From the NCBI GenBank assembly GCA_000004985.1, contig GG739538.1: a DNA stretch of 1,132 nt. One strand, written 5' to 3'. The notes below the pieces were generated by a model. It saw only the letters and a list, made by a program, of their open reading frames with translations. It was not told where the DNA came from and did no database searches. Shown here piece after piece: positions 1 to 1,132 of the stretch. Position 1 is the stretch's first letter, and each line of letters starts with the position of its first letter. The stretch comes from Naegleria gruberi. Lineage: Eukaryota. The position numbers and the translations under genes were made by a program.

Positions 1-116
1 TTCACGACTTTTTTAGGGTGACTTATGGACCTGTTGTGTCATATAAACAATTTCGTATTTTTTTTAGGAGGCCTGGAAAAAATTTTGGAACCAAAAAAAA
101 AGAAAAAAAGAAAAAT
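1..116 (+). repeat. Left arm of a long imperfect inverted repeat (candidate dispersed repeat, foldback or MITE-like copy). It ends in the A-rich tail A9-G-A7-G-A5-T and is truncated by the window start.
   Basis: I aligned this arm by hand against the reverse complement of 819-934. The 22-mer AAAAAAAGAAAAAAAGAAAAAT (95-116) is identical to rc(819-840). Further shared anchors, in the same order and with similar spacing, are TTCAcgac/TTCAgaaa, GGGTGAC/GGAGTGA, GGACCT (27-32 vs rc 901-906) and GGAGGCCTGG (67-76) vs GGGCCCtttG (rc 851-860). The similarity stops immediately after the A-rich tail on both arms. Confidence 0.55.
93..116 (+). repeat. Low-complexity A-rich tract (A9 G A7 G A5 T), resembling a retroposon poly(A) tail.
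   Basis: Read directly from the sequence. An identical tract occurs on the minus strand at 819-840. Confidence 0.8.
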
Positions 117-176
117 AATTATCGGATTGACTATAAACTCGAGGGGCCCAGGAACTAGCAATATTTTATTTTCCCG

Positions 177-202
177 AAATTCGCAAGTAAAATTTTCGAT
201 CG
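177..202 (+). repeat. Motif pair AAATTCGCAAGT, then CGATCG ~9 nt downstream. A related pair is at 478-496.
   Basis: AAATTCGCAAGT (177-188) matches AAATCGCAAGT (478-488). The palindromes TCGATCGA (196-203) and GCGATCGC (490-497) follow each. Confidence 0.4.
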
Positions 203-230
203 AAGGTTTTGCACTAATATTATTTATTTA

Positions 231-273
231 CAATAAACTGGATTAAGAGAATCCTCTGAATCGAAAGTCGGGG
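231..273 (+). repeat. Degenerate direct repeat, copy 1 (contains AACTGGATTAA 236-246 and AATCGAAAGTCG 259-270).
   Basis: Aligns to 451-492. AACTGGATTAA is identical, and the following ~30 nt match at roughly 65%, ending in AATCG[A/C]AAGTCG. Confidence 0.5.
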
Positions 274-334
274 TGAGAGAAAAATTTCGGGGGAAAAAAA
301 AAATTTCAAAAGTATGGTTGTGTTATCAATATAA

Positions 335-349
335 CCCGACACTGTCGGG
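335..349. repeat. Perfect hairpin or inverted repeat CCCGACA-c-TGTCGGG (7-bp stem, 1-nt spacer).
   Basis: Read directly: 335-341 is the reverse complement of 343-349. Confidence 0.8.
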
Positions 350-450
350 AACTAATACACCCCTACTTTTGCTTCAATCGCAGTATTTAACTTTTCGGAG
401 GTGGTCATTTTTTAAATATCCAACTAAATTTGAGTATTCGGTATTAATTG

Positions 451-492
451 TAATGAACTGGATTAACAGGATCGTTTAAATCGCAAGTCGCG
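451..492 (+). repeat. Degenerate direct repeat, copy 2 (AACTGGATTAA 456-466, AAATCGCAAGTCG 478-490).
   Basis: See copy 1. The offset is 220 bp for the 11-mer and the tail motif is shared. Confidence 0.5.
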
Positions 493-602
493 ATCGCCGA
501 TTTTTTTTCCTTTCATCAAACAAAGAAAATGTATAGTCGGTTTACTATATAATATCCTTTATGAAGTAAAACGTAAAGTCGAAAAGGGAAAAGTTACCTA
601 TG

Positions 603-614
603 TCGGACGTCCGA
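603..614. repeat. Perfect 12-bp palindrome TCGGACGTCCGA, copy 1 (GACGTC/ACGT core, C-box/CRE-like).
   Basis: Self-complementary 12-mer read directly from the sequence. An identical 12-mer lies at 720-731. Confidence 0.85.
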
Positions 615-719
615 TTTGACACCCTTCCCGAACCCGCACGTAAATATATACCCTTTTGGCTATAATACATCCCCGTGGTAGGTAATATTACTAATTTTTT
701 ACATGCATATACTTGACTT
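615..719. promoter_or_regulatory. Candidate regulatory module between the twin palindromes. It contains a TATA-rich core (TATATA 645-650, TATAAT 661-666), TTGACA at 616-621, and C-tracts (ACCC, TTCCC, AACCC, TCCCC).
   Basis: Sequence motifs only; no transcript evidence. The spacing of TTGACA to TATAAT (39 bp) does not fit a sigma70 promoter. Confidence 0.2.
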
Positions 720-731
720 TCGGACGTCCGA
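720..731. repeat. Perfect 12-bp palindrome TCGGACGTCCGA, copy 2.
   Basis: Identical to 603-614 and 117 bp downstream. It is followed by C, giving GTCCGAC at 726-732. Confidence 0.85.
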
Positions 732-818
732 CTCAAGCCAAAATGTATGGACGACATTTTGATAAATGAAAACGAAATTGTTTTCACTATAATAAAATAG
801 GGTTGGTCCATTGAAACC

Positions 819-934
819 ATTTTTCTTTTTTTCTTTTTTTCGGGATTTTTCAAAGGGCCCGAACAATAGAAAATATTTTTTTTCTATTATCATAAAAATG
901 AGGTCCGACAGTATATCACTCCATTATTTCTGAA
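819..934 (-). repeat. Right arm of the same imperfect inverted repeat. It reads on the minus strand, with its A-rich tail at 819-840 facing the spacer.
   Basis: rc(819-934) aligns to 1-116 at roughly 65-70% identity with a few indels. The terminal 22-mer is identical and both arms are 116 nt long. GGGCCC lies at 855-860 and AGGTCC (the reverse complement of GGACCT) at 901-906. Confidence 0.55.
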
Positions 935-958
935 GTCCGACTTTTGAAAAACATGGTC

Positions 959-990
959 GGGGGGTGGATACCGTTTTTGTTTAGGGGGGG
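959..990 (+). other. G-tract cluster (G6 959-964, GG 966-967, G7 984-990). Weak potential for a G-quadruplex with a long loop.
   Basis: G-runs read directly. The four-tract requirement is met only if the G6 and G7 runs are each split, with a 17-19-nt central loop. Confidence 0.2.
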
Positions 991-1036
991 TAACGACTAA
1001 CCACAATTCAATCCGCTTGTAGACTGATATTTAAAA

Positions 1037-1084
1037 AGGTCGATTGTGATTTTCTGCTGAAAGTCGATTTTGGAGGGTCTCCCA
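1037..1084 (+). repeat. Short tandem-like duplication: A(G/A)GTCGATT...GATTTT units of about 24 bp (1037-1060, 1061-1084).
   Basis: AGGTCGATTgtGATTTTctg is followed by AAGTCGATTTTggaggg. GTCGATT occurs twice, 24 bp apart. Confidence 0.35.
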
Positions 1085-1108
1085 GGGCCCTACCTGGGGG
1101 GGTCCTGG
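1082..1108. repeat. GC-rich hairpin cluster: CCAGGGCC (1082-1089) pairs with GGTCCTGG (1101-1108) around a G7 tract. It contains GGGCCC and three CCWGG sites.
   Basis: The reverse complement of GGTCCTGG is CCAGGACC, which matches CCAGGGCC with one G/T mismatch position. CCAGG is at 1082-1086, and CCTGG at 1093-1097 and 1104-1108. Confidence 0.4.
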
Positions 1109-1132
1109 ATATGACCATAGACCTCCCCTACA

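Larger units (their letters stand above)
1..1132. other. Non-coding, repeat-rich AT-rich DNA with no credible CDS on either strand.
   Basis: The longest ORF is 102 aa. Several ORFs contain K-rich runs (KKKKKRK, KKKKRK, KKEKKK) from poly-A/poly-T tracts, and the ORFs at 545-853 and 699-893 overlap each other on the minus strand. Stop codons are dense in all frames. Confidence 0.7.

Noticed and set aside
232-237. AATAAA polyadenylation-signal hexamers (232-237, 791-796; minus-strand copies at 165-170 and 223-228)
   Set aside because: They are expected by chance many times in 64% AT sequence, and there are no upstream transcripts or ORFs to terminate.
25-246. ORF of 73 aa on the plus strand (MDLLCHINNFVFFLGGLEKILEPKKKKKRKIIIG...)
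   Set aside because: The K-run is a direct translation of the A9-G-A7-G-A5 tract, which is also part of the inverted-repeat arm. The ORF is short and the residue composition is non-protein-like.
304-313. 10-mer TTTCAAAAGT shared in inverted orientation between 304-313 and 939-948
   Set aside because: For AT-rich 10-mers over about 1.3 million position pairs, several such matches are expected by chance, and the match does not extend.
273-479. ORF of 68 aa on the plus strand
   Set aside because: It is short, spans the A10 tract (giving GKKK), has no recognisable domain, and is consistent with chance in AT-rich DNA. A micro-protein cannot be formally excluded, but nothing supports one.
481-510. 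Intrinsic-terminator-like arrangement: the GCGATCGC palindrome or a TCGC...GCGA 4-bp stem, followed by T8 (501-508)
   Set aside because: The stem is only 3-4 bp with a marginal loop, far weaker than typical rho-independent terminators, and the context looks eukaryotic or non-coding with no upstream gene. A similar weak GGTT...AACC stem plus T-run at 801-840 is better explained as the A-rich tail of the minus-strand repeat arm.
616-666. Bacterial sigma70-like promoter (TTGACA 616-621, TATAAT 661-666)
   Set aside because: The spacing is 39 bp, not 16-18. The alternative TAAATA at 641-646 gives a 19-bp spacing with a poor -10 box. No downstream ORF or RBS exists to be expressed.
788-800. Kinetoplastid minicircle universal sequence (GGGGTTGGTGTA)-like GGGTTGGTCCA at 800-810
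   Set aside because: It has several mismatches to the 12-mer, and the accompanying CSB-1/CSB-2 blocks are not evident. The ~1-kb size similarity is a coincidence of the window length.
545-893. Two overlapping minus-strand ORFs (102 aa and 64 aa)
   Set aside because: Both derive their lysine runs from the T-rich tract at 820-840 read on the minus strand, and they overlap each other in different frames. The 102-aa ORF also runs through the twin palindromes and the TATA-rich segment. This is low-complexity sequence, not credible coding.
1000-1022. tRNA T-arm-like TTCAATCC at 1007-1014
   Set aside because: No flanking 5-bp stem, and no acceptor, D-arm or anticodon-arm geometry could be built around it on either strand.

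Overview
This 1132-bp window is about 36% G+C by hand count and AT-rich, with many A/T homopolymer tracts and a few G-run/GGGCCC clusters. I find no credible protein-coding gene on either strand. All four supplied ORFs are 64-102 aa, several are lysine-rich translations of poly-A/poly-T tracts, and two overlap antisense to each other. I recognise no rRNA, tRNA, CRISPR array or known ncRNA. CpG is not depleted: roughly 47 CpGs against about 37 expected by hand count. That points away from a methylated vertebrate or plant nuclear origin and fits an invertebrate, a non-methylating microbial eukaryote, or organellar non-coding DNA. I cannot assign taxonomy from the sequence alone.

The window is rich in repeats. 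The main structure is a long imperfect inverted repeat. The arms lie at 1-116 (+) and 819-934 (-), separated by a 702-bp spacer. Both arms end at the spacer side in the identical 22-nt A-rich tail AAAAAAAGAAAAAAAGAAAAAT. They also share ordered anchor motifs, TTCA, GG(G/A)GTGA, GGACCT, then a GGCC/GGGCCC box. This could be a foldback or MITE-like element, or two convergent copies of a dispersed retroposon-like repeat with an A-rich tail. A possible third partial copy begins at the 3' edge of the window.

Inside the spacer, a perfect 12-bp palindrome TCGGACGTCCGA (GACGTC/ACGT core) occurs twice, 117 bp apart, bracketing a TATA-rich, C-tract-rich segment. There are also degenerate direct repeats with a period of roughly 220-300 bp, a perfect 7-bp hairpin, and strongly over-represented short motifs (GTCCGAC, AAGTCG).

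The 3' 180 bp carries G6/G7 tracts and a CCWGG/GGGCCC hairpin cluster. I see no evidence of a protein-based system such as defense, toxin or secretion. If there is novelty here, it is at the level of repeat or regulatory architecture.
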